A stretch of DNA of 59,465 bases, filler included, from Catajapyx aquilonaris (lineage: Eukaryota): assembly GCA_000934665.2 (NCBI GenBank). It is 3 parts of 3 records of this genome, joined end to end, with 100 filler letters (N's around TTAATTAATTAA, not from the genome) between each part and the next. Parts side by side here need not be neighbours in the genome. Positions count along the whole stretch, not along the records: positions 19,831 to 39,565 come from JYFJ02006400.1; 2 more parts are not named here. One strand, written 5' to 3'. Under the pieces are notes generated by a model that saw only the letters and a list, made by a program, of their open reading frames with translations, searched no databases and had not been told where the DNA came from. Below are positions 23,926 to 37,335 of this stretch, in pieces. The position numbers were made by a program, and so were the translations under genes. Positions within the stretch are counted from its first letter, which is position 1, and every line of letters starts with the position of its first letter.

Positions 23926-26900
23926 GCGGGCGTAGAACCTATAACTTTTCTATTTAGACGTAAGGCTGCAGAGAGGAAAGAATCATTCTTACTGGAATAA
24001 TAATAATAAGTCAGAGAGCATTATTCCTACTCGCCCCCTGTCTCTACAGTGCGTGTCCTTTAAAAATTTACTTAGAAAATTAACGACAACTTAGACTACC
24101 GCACTAATAGAATATTATGTATCTTATGCACACCCTTCGTAGTGTACACCTACATGAGTACGTCCTCGTCCTCGGAAACTGTTAATGAGGGGTGGTTGAT
24201 ATTTTACAGCTAGATAATCAAAGGTTAATCCACAAGCTTCTTTGTCCTTAAGTGGTCTTCGAGTTTGGTTTTTAACGATAGCCTACTTCATAATTATAAT
24301 GAAACGAGATATTGTCCTATGAATACCATTGACAATATAGGTAATACCTGATGCAGAGGAGGTGAATGATGGTTATCAATATCAAACTAGAGATAAAACT
24401 AATGAAACATAAATAGCCAGCTTGACAAGTTGGGGATATTACCCGGGTACAGGTATAGTGGAAGAGGTGATACAGTCATGTATCCTCCCCTCCCCTTTTT
24501 AAAAATCTATGAACAGCGACAGGTAATGGTTGTGGAGTGTGAGCCTAGGCCTAAGATGGCTTTGCATCTATTATCGTATGACAATACGGACCAATCAAAT
24601 GGTCATGTACTACTTTATTCCAAGCAGCAAGTATATCTGGCACAATAATGGCATATATTCCATCCTGAGGGACACCTCCTCTGCAGTATAGGGTGTGCCC
24701 TAACGTCACAGACAGGCAGTCATTACTTATTTTGGCAGAGACAAACTGCAAACATTAGCCATGGCTCTCAAAATTGTGCGCACGCCTATTTCTGATGAGA
24801 AGATGGGACGGCGGAAAAAAACAGGAACCGAAAATGTTCCCCAGCACGAAAAGACAATTGTGAAATCGATGCCACAAAAGACTGTCTTGTTTCCAGGCTC
24901 GAAACGGAGCAGATAAAAGGCTTAACAAAAGCATATATACAGTACCTGCAGTAACTTTTATATTGGCCGATCATCTCCCGGCAACGATCGAAATAACTAC
25001 CTGCTCAACATGCAGTTAACTTAGGTTCCTTTTTTGTGTGCTATTCGAACTCCGAACAGCAATTTGGGGGTTCGATTTTTCAAAAAAGGACCACTTGCTG
25101 GTAATCACAGTGGTTGTAGAGTGATTCATATTTAAAATCCTCCAATCAATGATATACCCTTCAAACGGTATCTTCCCAAAATCATAGCGTATATGCATGT
25201 ATATGGATTGCATAAATCATGTCAAAAGTAACTTATTCACTTAATGCTCGTGAATGTCGTCACAGAGGTCTTGCCCTAAATGGCAGAAAAAAATCGGTTA
25301 TACCTTGTATCTATCATTTTAATAATAATGTTCAATACTTTTGTTAGAAAACCTCCACACTTTCACCACAGTGGCTTGAGTGAAAAATAATAAATCATTG
25401 CAATTCTTTATTCTTTTGTGAGTGTTTTGAAAATGCTCCATTGTGCCCAGCAAACTTCTCTCTCGGTGAAGAGGACATTCTTGTTGGAAGAATCGGCCAG
25501 CTCAGGTGCTGTGCTGCCATGTGATTATAATAATTGCTGAGGTCGTCATTTGAATGACATTGTAAATCTTGTCAGGTGGTGGTAAAATGGCGTAAATATC
25601 TAGGGATGTTATGATACACTTTCTTTCGAACTTGTCATTTTTCTCATTGCCATTTAAATGCATTTGATAAGAAGCAATGTTGCAATGCTTATTTACCCTG
25701 GCACTTGAGTTACCAGTGTAGCCCGTTAACACACATTAACCGCATGGTACTCACCACTTCGTCTGCAGTGATGATATGCATGTTGCCAGTCACGGTCTAA
25801 CTCTCCGAAGTAATATCTACCTCTGATTTGCGGCGAAATGGGGCGATGATATGGCTCTCGTATGGCGATGATAGTTGATGATAGTCACATGGCTACGGAT
25901 TGTCTCATGGTTCGTTTCCTCCTGCTATAGAGTCGTGCTGTTTGAGTGCAATTCAATCCCCTCCTAACACAATTTTTACAGCCGTTCAAAAAGGGCTTAA
26001 GAATTATTCGTGAATTCGTCTGAGATAAAATGCAAAAAGCATGTTGGCCGACCCTCCCAAATCATATCAAACACCTGTGGCAAATTACTACTGTGTCCTC
26101 TATTTTTCCAGTCTCATGTTTCGGAATGGAAACCTTTTCCGCTTCTCGGTAGTACAAAACTATTCAAGGGAAAATCGATAAATGTGGATATATTGTAGGT
26201 GGGTCAAAACAATGGCATTTAACGTCCAGTTCAGTCGAATTTAGCTGCTAGATCAGCTCCAAGATGGTGACAATATTAGGAATATACTTGAAGAGGAATA
26301 CAAAAGAATAAAGGATTTCCAGGGAATCTTAATATACTGGGAATTTCAGATAATCATTAACTCCTCCCGGAATGTGTAGTAACACAGGTGTTGCGATGGA
26401 TTTAAAGTGATTACCGAGAATCCATGCAAAATTGTTACAATATCCAAGCGTACTTTTTCTCCCTCGAGATTGTGCCTCTGATGGCATGTTACTAAATGAT
26501 GCAACACACCATTAGTTTCTTTTACTTCTTTTAGATTAAAATAATGATGGAAACGTAATAGTGAGAGATACAGACAACAAACTGGTGCCTAGGGAAAGAC
26601 TGCAATAATTTACTTTGCTTTCTGTACAAATGAACGTCAGTTTTTTTACGCCTCCCTGGATACTTTGAATTAAAAGTCCTAGGAACTCATTTTTTGTTAT
26701 AGTGTGGCTCAAAGGTTCTAATGCGTTTGTGTGGGAAATTATTTTCTTTGTGACAAACTTGCGACATTCACACAAACGAAATTAGATTTAGGACATTCTT
26801 ATATTAGTAGAAAGCAAGTCATGATGGTAATTGCTGCGCCTTGTTTTTTACTTCAAATAAGTGGGGTTTTATATGCATACCTGAACAGTGAATAATTACT

Positions 26901-27899
26901 TAGGGGACTGTAAAGCTCGTTGGAGAAATGCCTATTGAACATATTTTACCGTTGCTACTCAAAGGAAACCAAGCAAATGGAAAATAATAAAAAATCAGCT
27001 ATAACACATACTGTAGTACTGAAATTAAATATATTGGAAGCCCCCTTGTTACTCGTATATCAAATAAATTTCTGCACCCATGTGACTTTTTGGAAGGTCT
27101 TCCTGACAAAAGAGTGAGATCTAAAATATTAGATGCCGACCTGTAGGCGTAAATATGTCCCACATTCACCAATCACATCATACATAGCTGGAAAGGCAAA
27201 GTTCACTTCGAGACTAAAATATTACTACCTGTTGTTGACAGCTTGACATTGGAATGTCAGTATACAAAATTTCCTAAAGTAGTGGGTTCACAACTTCTAG
27301 CATACTAAAGATAATTTATATACACGCAGTTGCAGAAACATTCCTGTGAGCACAGGTCAAGGTAGCACAAAGACTAATTACCTGCAGTGTGTGTGTGTGA
27401 AGTCTAGGAGAGAAGTCAGTGGCAGTGATCAGAAGGTCAGAGAATGATAACATACTACAGTCATAAATTCACAGATTGAGCATCATCTGCTTCCAACAGT
27501 GCAAATCGATTACTGCATGGCAATTGCAGTGTTGGATGGAAGTTGTCATTGATGGTGTGATCAATGCCAGTGGCGTCTCTGCCGGACTTCTCCAACTCTT
27601 CAGTTAGGCCTATCTCTCAGTATTACCTCAATTTTTTCACTAAAGTACAACTGTGTGAGCATGTGTTTATACTAATCTTCTATAAGAACTGAACCGACAA
27701 AAAAAAATTAAATAATTGGTTTGATTGGTCTAAAAAAATGTGTCTCATAAACACAAATAATTCTGACGGTCCAAGTCAAAATCCCGTATCTCGGTTTTTG
27801 TCATTTCGAGATACAAGTATTCTCGTTTGAAGGTTTTTGTTTCCATTGTAGATGGAAGGGCATGATCAATTGGCCAAAACTTTCCGAGGGTTGTTTCTA

Positions 27900-28340
27900 C
27901 AGCCACGGGCTTTGTACCAACAGGTGTGGCTTGCAAAAAAGAGTGCAATATATGGTGCATTTATCCCCATTTACGTGCCATTTTCGAAGATACTGGGTTT
28001 TAACTTGGGTCGTTTCCACAGGCAGGTATACACTATACAGTTAAATTAGTGATTAAGAAGGTTGGCCCGACATTGCCTTTCAACTTGGTAGGTATACACT
28101 GTATAATTTTCGTGAATAAGTGGCATATTTACTTCCGCCGAGAAGTATTGCCACCATTTTTCATCCTCGTTCATCGACCACCAATTCTTCAAATTTTGCA
28201 AAAAAGAGTTCGTGTAGTCAAACAGCATGAAACAAAGGAGGTCAAGGTAAAGGAGGTTTATGTGGGTGATGAGCAGGAAGGGGAATGCAATTGATAAATT
28301 GCACATCCACATTGAGAATATGATTTTCTTAAGCAGTGTC
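27900..28340 (-). pseudogene. Possible piggyBac transposase C-terminal relic
   Basis: Frame pieces KKIIF / VDVQFINC and a Cys/His-rich CTIYCTLFCKPHL segment loosely resemble the piggyBac C-terminus; heavily decayed. Confidence 0.3.
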
Positions 28341-31300
28341 TTTATAGAAATTATAAAAAGTATTAAACGAGTAAAAATGTAATAGAAGATCCACAACAAC
28401 TACAAAGCGTGCTAAAGAAACAAAAATCGTAAGTTAGTCCTGGATAGTGATCTTCGCATCTGATGAATGGAAGGTAAGTGGGGGAAAGAAAAGAACAGGT
28501 GGTGTGGATGTGTGCGCCCAAGTTAAGATCTTTCATGTTGCCTTTCCCTTAATATACTATTACTACCGAAATGTTAGCAACAGGCAATTCATTTGCTGCA
28601 CGAGGTTCCCTGGCTTGTCGTACGAAATCGAACACGACAAGAAACTCCTAATGCAAAAGCCGAAGTTACAGCAAAACATAAAACATAAAGATAAAACTGC
28701 AGCGTTTAAGTTCACTTCCATCGAAGACTGATTGGCATTTTCAGCTGTAGATTAGGTCAGCACCCTTTGAATGATGTCATATATTACGGTAACACATCAG
28801 CAGGAAGTAACAAATTGAAAATTGGTTCGTACAGACGAGTCTTTAAAAGATGGCTTCCTTTTCCACTCGGTGTCCAATAATAATAATAATAAAATGCCGC
28901 AGGACGCATGCTGCACTATATTTTGAAGACGAATTTCTACCTGGATCCCAAAGCGTTTAGCCCGTATTTAATTGTATTTCGATTCTCCCTCGTGCAATTA
29001 CACTGGGGGTGGGAAGGGAGAAAGCGTCACTCGAGATGACATCATGCACCACATCCCTTCATTCAAAATAGAGTCTCGATATTCGGGCACATTCGGGTGC
29101 ATAAAAACTAGCGTCCATGATTGTACTCGGAATAATTTTGGGGCTCAAGCGTGGGTTGAGTTTAGGGACCGAAGGTGGAGTTGATGAACCCTTAATCTTC
29201 CCTCCCGGCCCACCCACTATAAGATTCATCCTGGCAGAATTTGGCAATTTGATGGCCCCGGTTGTGAGACCAAAGATTAGACCTGTAAGTGGCAATGTCA
29301 AGGTTGAAAGGGGCTTATAGGAAAGAGACGTGTCCTGTTCGATCGCATAACATCGATTTTAGGCCCGGAGAAGAGGGTGTGGAAGGGGGGAGGGTGCGGT
29401 TGAACAGGTAGGCTTAGAAGGGAGTTTTGGGACCCCCACAGGATGCTTATAAACACAAATCCCTTCGGACATGACTAATCAACTTGAGCCAGTTTTCAAA
29501 AGCCCGGTGTTTCCTGGACCCCCAAAAAAACCCTGCACGCGAAAAACTCTCCAGACAAGTTTGAAGGAGTGGGGAAATAACTTAAAGTGGCCAATTACCA
29601 TGCCCGGGTGGAACTGGGGCGTTGCTATCGCTAGCCTTTTAAAAATGTGGTTGGTCGCAACACGGATTAGAGAATGGAACTATATTTTATCACGCCTGCA
29701 TGCTTTCATAACTGATGGAGGTAAACGTTCGGTGATGGTTATGAAAACGCTTATTGCAAGCCGAATTGTTGCGGAGGTCATCACGTCATCGAGTTTTTGT
29801 TCAGTTATACAGCTGATTTTTATCCGCGAAGTGTGACAAGTTCATGCATTCAATCTTTTAATTTTTTACGTCATCACACTTGTAATAGAACTTAGGTGAA
29901 GCTAGAACAAATCACAAATATTAGAACCAATATACCGTATTCAGTAGGCCTATATATGTCTCATTCTGTGATCCAGAATCACAGTTTTAGAACGGAATGA
30001 ACATTATTTTAGAAATGTTGAAATGAATGTATTACTGCCGTTATTATGGTAATGGAAAATTACTTTCATTATTTGATTTGCAAGTATTGGTGGCGGGAGG
30101 ACATTGAAAATTATACTACCACTTTAATTATTTACAATGCCTGCGTGTCAATACAATTTCGCGATGAGAACAATATAATGCGAGAATAATTTAAATATTT
30201 GCAGTTTATATTTCCGCAACAACATATCACGTCAATGTCATAATAGCTGACATGTCACAGGAATTTGTTTTAAAAACAAAATAAAAATATTTATCAGTTT
30301 TGGAATGGCAAAAGTGGCATAATTCCTGAAACTTATTCGAAAAATGCGAGCTAATCAAACACGTTCCGAGCGTCTTTTTTGCCAACAAGTTAATTAAGTA
30401 ATGTAATTATTTATTTATTTTCATTGTCAATTAATCACCCGTTATGTCATTGCAATATTAATTTATCGTGCCGGAACATATACATTATATAACGTCACAA
30501 CTGGTCTACCCAGTTAGCCACAGTACTGTTTTATTGGGCCATAATCTAATATTAGTTCATCTCTGAATAAATGGGCGTAGAAAGTAATTTCCATGATCGG
30601 ATAAACTGTTAAAAATAATAGATATTAAATTATTTCGGCTACATTTGACACATTTAGTCACTATGGGTCCTAATCGTCATGCACGACTATTATTGTAAAC
30701 CAATATCAGGTATTTATTGGAATATATGCCCCGCATTCAGTGTCAGTCCTCATCAAAACAAAGCAAAAGAAAAATGCCACATTTCCAAACAAAGTGTAAC
30801 AAGTAGTTTTCCAAAACCGAACCAAATCGCCGAACAAATATCGCATTGTGAAATTTCCACAACCATAAAACAATCATCACCAAAGTATGAGCCGCCCTCC
30901 ATCAACTCACACCGTAAACAAACAGGTGGGCACGACGTCTGATTGAACCCGAATTTTGAGACATTCCACCGTCACAAAAATTCGGCCACGACTAAATCAA
31001 CCGCTCCGCTCTCATCCCTCCCTCTAACCCCATTCTGATTTGCACCCTTGAAAATTGACCCTGACTCAATCCCGATGTCAACACCCGGCAAAAACTGTCA
31101 AAGCACGCTCACAGGAGGAAAAGCCGACCAGGGAACGAATCCGGACGCCGACTGGCGGGACTCCGGGACCCCCTCCCCACCTTTCCATTTCGCCCCCCCC
31201 CCTCCCTCCCCGGCATCTCTTACGTCCTCCCCCCACCCCCTCCCACTCTGGAATGACGCAAGTGCGCAGAGTGCCCCCTCACTTATCCAAGGGGCGCAAA

Positions 31301-31569
31301 AATCGCAACAATCCTCGAAGGAGATGTGGCCAAATGGAGGTTGTAATGCGGAAGTTCAAGGGGATCGTAAGAGAATAAGATGATCGACAGTAGGTGGAAG
31401 CACGGCGCTGGAGACATCCGGTGGCGCCAAGGTGGACATACTCAGGATCAGCTGGGTGTCACTTGGTCCAAATAACTCACAATCTAGATGTTCGATATAA
31501 ACTTTTGCAATAATTCCAGCTGATCCAGAGAGAGGGAATTGTAGTGGACAAGTTTCTCGACGTCGCATG

Positions 31570-31571
<2 letters not shown>

Positions 31572-31652
<81 letters not shown>
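31572..31652. repeat. (ATT)n microsatellite
   Basis: ~27 perfect repeats. Confidence 0.95.
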
Positions 31653-31653
<1 letters not shown>

Positions 31654-32060
31654 TCTAACATTTTCATGATGTAACTTGGATGCGATGGCCTTGATGCCAA
31701 AGATGATTCTGATAGAGATCAGCACAGCTGAGCAACATTCGTTAATTAGGAGGCTTTCTTGGTGGCCCAGCTTAAAGGAGCTATTTTACTAATTAGGGAT
31801 GTAATAACTAGTTCGGACACTTATCATACCGTTTTGATCAAGATCTATAAAGGCATAGATCAAACTCACGCCTTTGTCAAACTAAACCATCAAGAACGTG
31901 CACTTAATTGGCAGCCAAAATTAGTCAAGACTAACCATCAAAGGACCTAAATTGCAATCTGAGGTCCTCTCTAAAGTACAGTACTCTCTAGCAGTACCTA
32001 TGCTGGGAAAAAGTTCTGACGACACTATCATTTGAGAGGCTCCATAATTCCACGCACTCG

Positions 32061-32071
32061 TAATAATAATA

Positions 32072-32124
<53 letters not shown>

Positions 32125-32160
32125 AATAATAATGATAATAATAATGATAATAATAATGAT

Positions 32161-32219
<59 letters not shown>
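32061..32219. repeat. Compound (AAT)/(GAT)n/(CAT)n microsatellite
   Basis: Read directly; source of the spurious poly-D/N/H and poly-M/I ORFs. Confidence 0.95.
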
Positions 32220-32438
32220 CATTTGGGTAGTCAGCGATGACGGGAGCCACAAGCTAACCCAAAATATTAACTTAATTAAAACTTGTAAAAATAAACCTAT
32301 AAACAACCCGTCCCGTCCCCCACCCCTGCCCATCTCAGACGACAAACACTCAATATTAAATTTAAATATTACACTATACAGAGCGGTACTCCAGAAATCA
32401 AGTCCCCCCCCACCTGAGAGATGATCGGGAGAACCGCA

Positions 32439-32439
<1 letters not shown>

Positions 32440-32519
<80 letters not shown>

Positions 32520-32861
32520 TGCGGGTAGTGCTTCTGACCCCTTGGGTACAAACACTTTGACCTTTATTTATTTTTTATTGATCGATGTTACATTTTGGTG
32601 CCTATTCATTTGAAACGCCCGGGCCCACGGGATGACAGGAGGGGATGTGCAATGTGCAGTGCAAAGTTTCCATGATGGTACATAATTTGTGAACTCCCCG
32701 GGTGGATATGTCTAGCCTCTAGCGGAAATACCACCCGAGACAAAGCCAGAAACGACCCAACTCTGCCCTAGATGAAGGGGGTGTCCTCGGGCTGGGATCG
32801 AACCCGGGCCCTTAACATCCGTGGGTGCATACGTTACCGCAGCGCCACTCCGTCTCCCTCC
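32440..32861 (-). mobile_element. Full-length tRNA-derived SINE, family 1
   Basis: A box gtggcgctgcggtaac, B box ggttcgatccc, body shared with 47805-48184, (ATT)n tail. Confidence 0.85.
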
Positions 32862-33009
32862 ACACACTTATGATTCATCATCCCATTCACACTTAACACA
32901 AGTAGTCCTACTGTTTTTCATGGGCAAAAATGATGCCTAAATCGAAGTTAAAACTACTGTACTAATAAAATTTTCACTAATATTGCCTCTTGTAGTTTGA
33001 ACGTTGAAT

Positions 33010-33052
33010 CAGGGAGCATATACTACATGTAGTATAATTATTATGCTCCCTG
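33010..33052. mobile_element. 43-bp minimal TIR element
   Basis: cagggagcata / tatgctccctg with 7-bp direct repeat gttgaat on both sides. Confidence 0.7.
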
Positions 33053-33363
33053 GTTGAATCGGGTATCGCAAAAAAAAATCATATAAAGGTGGTCAATAAC
33101 TCCCGCATTTGCTGCACGTCGGACGAATGCTTGAAGAATACTCTGTAACATATTTACTTGTAGTTGCGAAGCTTAGCTTATGATTTATATTAAATATTCT
33201 TGATGACCCTATGTACAGTACATCCATAGAAGGCATGCCCTGGTGATCACACCACCTAGCTAACACCTATGAGAGTCGAGTAGGCCACCTGGCAGGATAA
33301 GACAGTGTCGTCTTGCACCTCAAGCGATAAGTATAAAGTGCCCAAAAGTATTTTAACCCGATA

Positions 33364-34238
33364 GTACATACATGTAGGATACAACTTTGGTAACTGGGAC
33401 TTTAATCGTCTTACATGTAGCCGTCGAAATAATAAATTTTGCATTTTCAAATGCATGTAAAATCAAAAGGGCGTGAAACCACAGGATGCATTTTTTTCAA
33501 GAACTCTGACTGCGAGGGGATCCAGCTGTGGTAAAAGCGTTATTAGCTCTTGGTAAAAGAAATTCGGGGTTGCAAGCCCTTCTGGCCGATTTTTAGGTCA
33601 GACATTGGAGAATTTTCGAAATTTGCATACTTCAAGGTCAAATATCTCTAAAAGTGTAATTTTTCAAAAATTGACATTTTGAATACTAGTTCTAAAGTAA
33701 AAAACCGCGAATAAAACTTTGGGATTTTCACTTTTCTGCCGTCCCGCCGCGTCGTGAAGCGCCCGATTCCCGTAGCCACTAAGGGCGAAAGTCGCGTACA
33801 GGTGCTGCATCCATCCCGCTGGGTTAGGGGGGAAGGTTGCACACGACTGTCGCCCTTACGGGCTACCCGAATCGGGCGCTTCATGGCGGGACGGCAGAAA
33901 AGTGAAAATCCCAAAGTTTTATTCGCGGGTTTTCCGTGGCCAAAATTGCAATTTTTTAAAAAATACAACTTTTTGAAATATTTGACCTTGAAGTACGCAA
34001 ATTTCGAAATTTCACCCACTTCTGACCTAAAAATCGGCCAGAAGGGCTTGCAACTCCGAATTTATTTTACCATGGCTGGATCCCCTCCCAGTCAGAGTTC
34101 TTGAAAACAACATCCCTGTTGTTTCAAGTCCTTTTGATTTTATAGGCATTTGAAAATGGCAAAATTTATAATTTTGGCGGCTATATGTAAGACCAAATTT
34201 CAGTACACATTTACCAGTTTTATCCTACATGTATGTAC
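33364..34238. mobile_element. ~875-bp palindromic non-autonomous DNA element
   Basis: Arms pair from gtacatacatgtaggata / tatcctacatgtatgtac inward to ~33800-33840. Confidence 0.8.
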
Positions 34239-34733
34239 ATAATCTGAAAGGCCAAGACCTCTACTTTCAAGAAGTGAAACCCAGAACATCCTATCTCGAA
34301 TAGACACCAATCAGTAGCCTTTTTTCAGAACCCTTGCAAATGCTCGTTTTTGCTCGCCGCGGTGAAGAAGAATTAGTATAAATCCAACATGATGGTAGAT
34401 AAAAAAATTAACAAAATTAGTTTTGAGCAAGTCAATATCAAGGCTACCTGTGGTGAAAATATAAAAAATTAACTAGATGGTCGAGCAACCACCCTTGCCC
34501 ATTTCACATGGAATGACTCTACTGCAAGTACAAGCTCTCATATTTCTGCACTTTTTTGGCATTGCGCTCGCATTTAACATGATTTATAGGTGCGCTTCAG
34601 CCAGTAAGGCTGTCATTATTGGCCATAATGAAGTATATTGTGATAGCACTCAAGTTATCATCTACTTTTAAGGCATCAGTGGCACTTGGCACGTCTATAG
34701 TGTAGGACTGTAGGCTATAGTATTGGTACATAC

Positions 34734-35467
34734 CAGGTGGCTGACACTCCCCGCTATTTTGAGTGAGCTTAGCTCTGCTCCCCCACCGAGGGGAGTTGCC
34801 ATGGGCGACGCTAGTCTTGGTACCCAAGACAAGTGGCGCCTTACCTAGTGGGAAATTCTGAACCATTTTGGTCCTGTGGAGCAGTAGAGTCCTGTACTAC
34901 TCCAGCCAGCCCCCGGACACTCATACTACGTTCTGCTGTTATCACCTGCCGACGCGTTTTGCTCACTTGAGAGCGCCATGAGACATTTTAGTCTCCGGTC
35001 AAGTGACGACCCTACCGGACTAGGCTGAACTTTATAGGTACAAAACTAACAAAAGGGAAGCGCTACATGCAGGCCCAAAATGGCCGCCGGCGCCCATGGG
35101 TCCACCAATGTAGCGCTTCCCTTTTGTTAGTTTTGTACCTATAAAGTTCAGCCTAATAGTCCGGTAGGGTTAGGTTAACTTGACCGGAGACTGAAATGTC
35201 TTATGGCGCAATCAAGTGAGCAACTTCTGCAGAACACGTCGGCAGGGGGTGGGTGGGAGTGACCAGACCTTATCTTCTATGGCCGTGACTCCAGCCAATC
35301 GGAGTCGACCTATATAGTTCGGAATATCCCGCTAGGTAAGGCACCACTCGTCTTGAGTACCGAGACTAGCGCCGCCCGTGGCAAACCCCCCTCTGTGGGG
35401 GAGATCAGCCTGCGGAGCTCACAGGGAGAGAAAATAATGCACTGGTGTAGGTAGTGTCAGGGGCCTG
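34734..35467. mobile_element. hAT-like palindromic MITE (outer element)
   Basis: CAGG...CCTG ends; TSD gtacatac / atacatac; arms homologous to 17117-17437. Confidence 0.75.
34907..35287. mobile_element. Palindromic MITE nested near the centre of the outer MITE
   Basis: 8-bp TSD actccagc (34899-34906, 35288-35295); long internal inverted repeat; second copy at 1-188. Confidence 0.75.
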
Positions 35468-37119
35468 ATACATACTGTAGGCTATATGAATATCGGTCTA
35501 TCGCTACCAAAATGAAGCATTTCTATTGCACTCCGTAACAATTCCCTGCAGCCAAAAATTATGTCTATTTTCGTGCAACACAGGGCTGGGGATAAGCAGT
35601 AGGCTAGCTTACTAGTTTATTTTTACACTATTACAGTGACATTATTTTGACGAATATGAGTTACTTGTTACGATAAAATAATGATTTGCAGAACTTATCG
35701 GAAACGTACAGAGTGTTTAAGACTGGTTTAAGATAAGTTCAGATTGTACTGTAGTATGGAGACGATACTATGAGCCGGAGCTAGGCTGTTTCTGTTTTGG
35801 GCACAGTAGAGAGCAAATTAACTCTGACATTAATGTGCGTGACGACAATTCCGGGCGAGAATTCTCACCTCTAATCCAATAGGCGAGGAATAGTCCGACG
35901 AGTGGCGTTACCCTAAACGAAACTACATAGTTCTAGAGAAGAGCCGTCTCTATACTATGACAGTAGAGAAAAGGTCTAGTGTAGTGTCTATCAGCGGCGG
36001 AATTTCTCGCCGCTGTGTGACGGCCCTGAGTGGACCAATCATGTGGGATCAAACTCGCAGGTGACAGAATGCTCACCACGACAAGCCCTGGAAATTCGAA
36101 ATAGTATAAGGTCGACCTGTTAATCCCGCTGGAACAAGTAGGTATATAAAAAGTGTCATTCAGAAACGTAGAACGGGCTTAAACCCTCCTACTCCGGGGA
36201 TAGAGTAAAATAATAATAAAAAGTTATCTGACCAAGGTGGAACGTAAAATAAGGAGGAATAAATCGTATAAAGTCATTCGCTGGTTATTATTCTCAACCT
36301 CACCTCTTAGCCAACTGGCAAGGGAGACAGAGGCACGATGGCTACACGGGGTATGATGGCACAGTCAAATTTGTGAAGCGGCTATTATAGGTTCACGGAC
36401 TTGATGCGTATGTCGTAGGTGCAGATAGACATGCTCCACCATTACCTATTTTCAATTCAATCACAAAAGAATGTCGGCGGCAGCACCGATTTTTTCTGTT
36501 TTCGACCGTCTGAGTATTTCCAATTTTCATTTCTTTTTCCTTTTCTTCCAATGGAAATGCTAGATCACTGAGACCAATGATGCGTTTGTAAGGCGGAATA
36601 TCTCTCTACAAAATGACTGCATAAATGGCCACTTATTATTTATCACTCATAAGTAGGAGGGCTCGAAAGGTCAAAAAATGCCTGTGGGGCACGATGGAAC
36701 ATTTTGCTTGGGGGACGTTGGCACATGTGCCTACCAACCTTGGCGGACCATGGCCGCTCCCTGTCACTCATTAGGCCGGGATCTTACGCGAGTATGGAAA
36801 AGTCTCTGACGTCAAGTCAACTCCGACCTTTGACCGACTCTTTCTCCCTTATTACGCCCAAGCCTGGGGATAGCTTATTCCGCCCTTATCCCGGCAATAG
36901 AGACATGTCTCTGCATAAGATCATTTGCAGAGTTCATCTCAGTAGATAGTTTGAGTCATAATGAAAAGCCCTAGGAAAAGCCTTTACAGTACGCTAGAAG
37001 CTTCTTAAAGCATTAGGCTTCCCAGGGTGTGTGGCATTCATATAAGGAGGTGGATGTAATTCTTGAAGACCTGAACTGCAGAACGATCGGGGTCGCATAT
37101 TGTTCCAAATAAGGCTAGA

Positions 37120-37335
37120 GTACTACGGGACGCATAAAGAATGTCCGGGGAGATTCTTCGTTCAGCCTGGCGGAGGCAAACCATTGCACAGGTGTGTACA
37201 CACACACTTGTGTGTACGTCCATGCTTATCTGCCGAGTTTTTTCCCTCCTCCCTTAGCTACCCAGGTGCAATGGGTTGCCTCCACAAGGCTGAACGAAGA
37301 ATCTCCCCGGACATTCTTTATGCGTCCGATAGTAC
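37120..37335. mobile_element. MITE with ~70-bp inverted arms
   Basis: ggacgcataaagaatgtccggggagattcttcgttcagcct and its exact complement. Confidence 0.7.

Noticed and set aside
29030..31383. Short GC- and homopolymer-rich ORFs near 29.1, 29.5 and 31.05 kb
   Set aside because: No motifs or consistent exon structure; may be low-quality or noncoding sequence
31921..32555. ORFs with poly-I, -L, -M, -D and -H runs (similar at 21903, 39043, 50116)
   Set aside because: Translations of trinucleotide microsatellites
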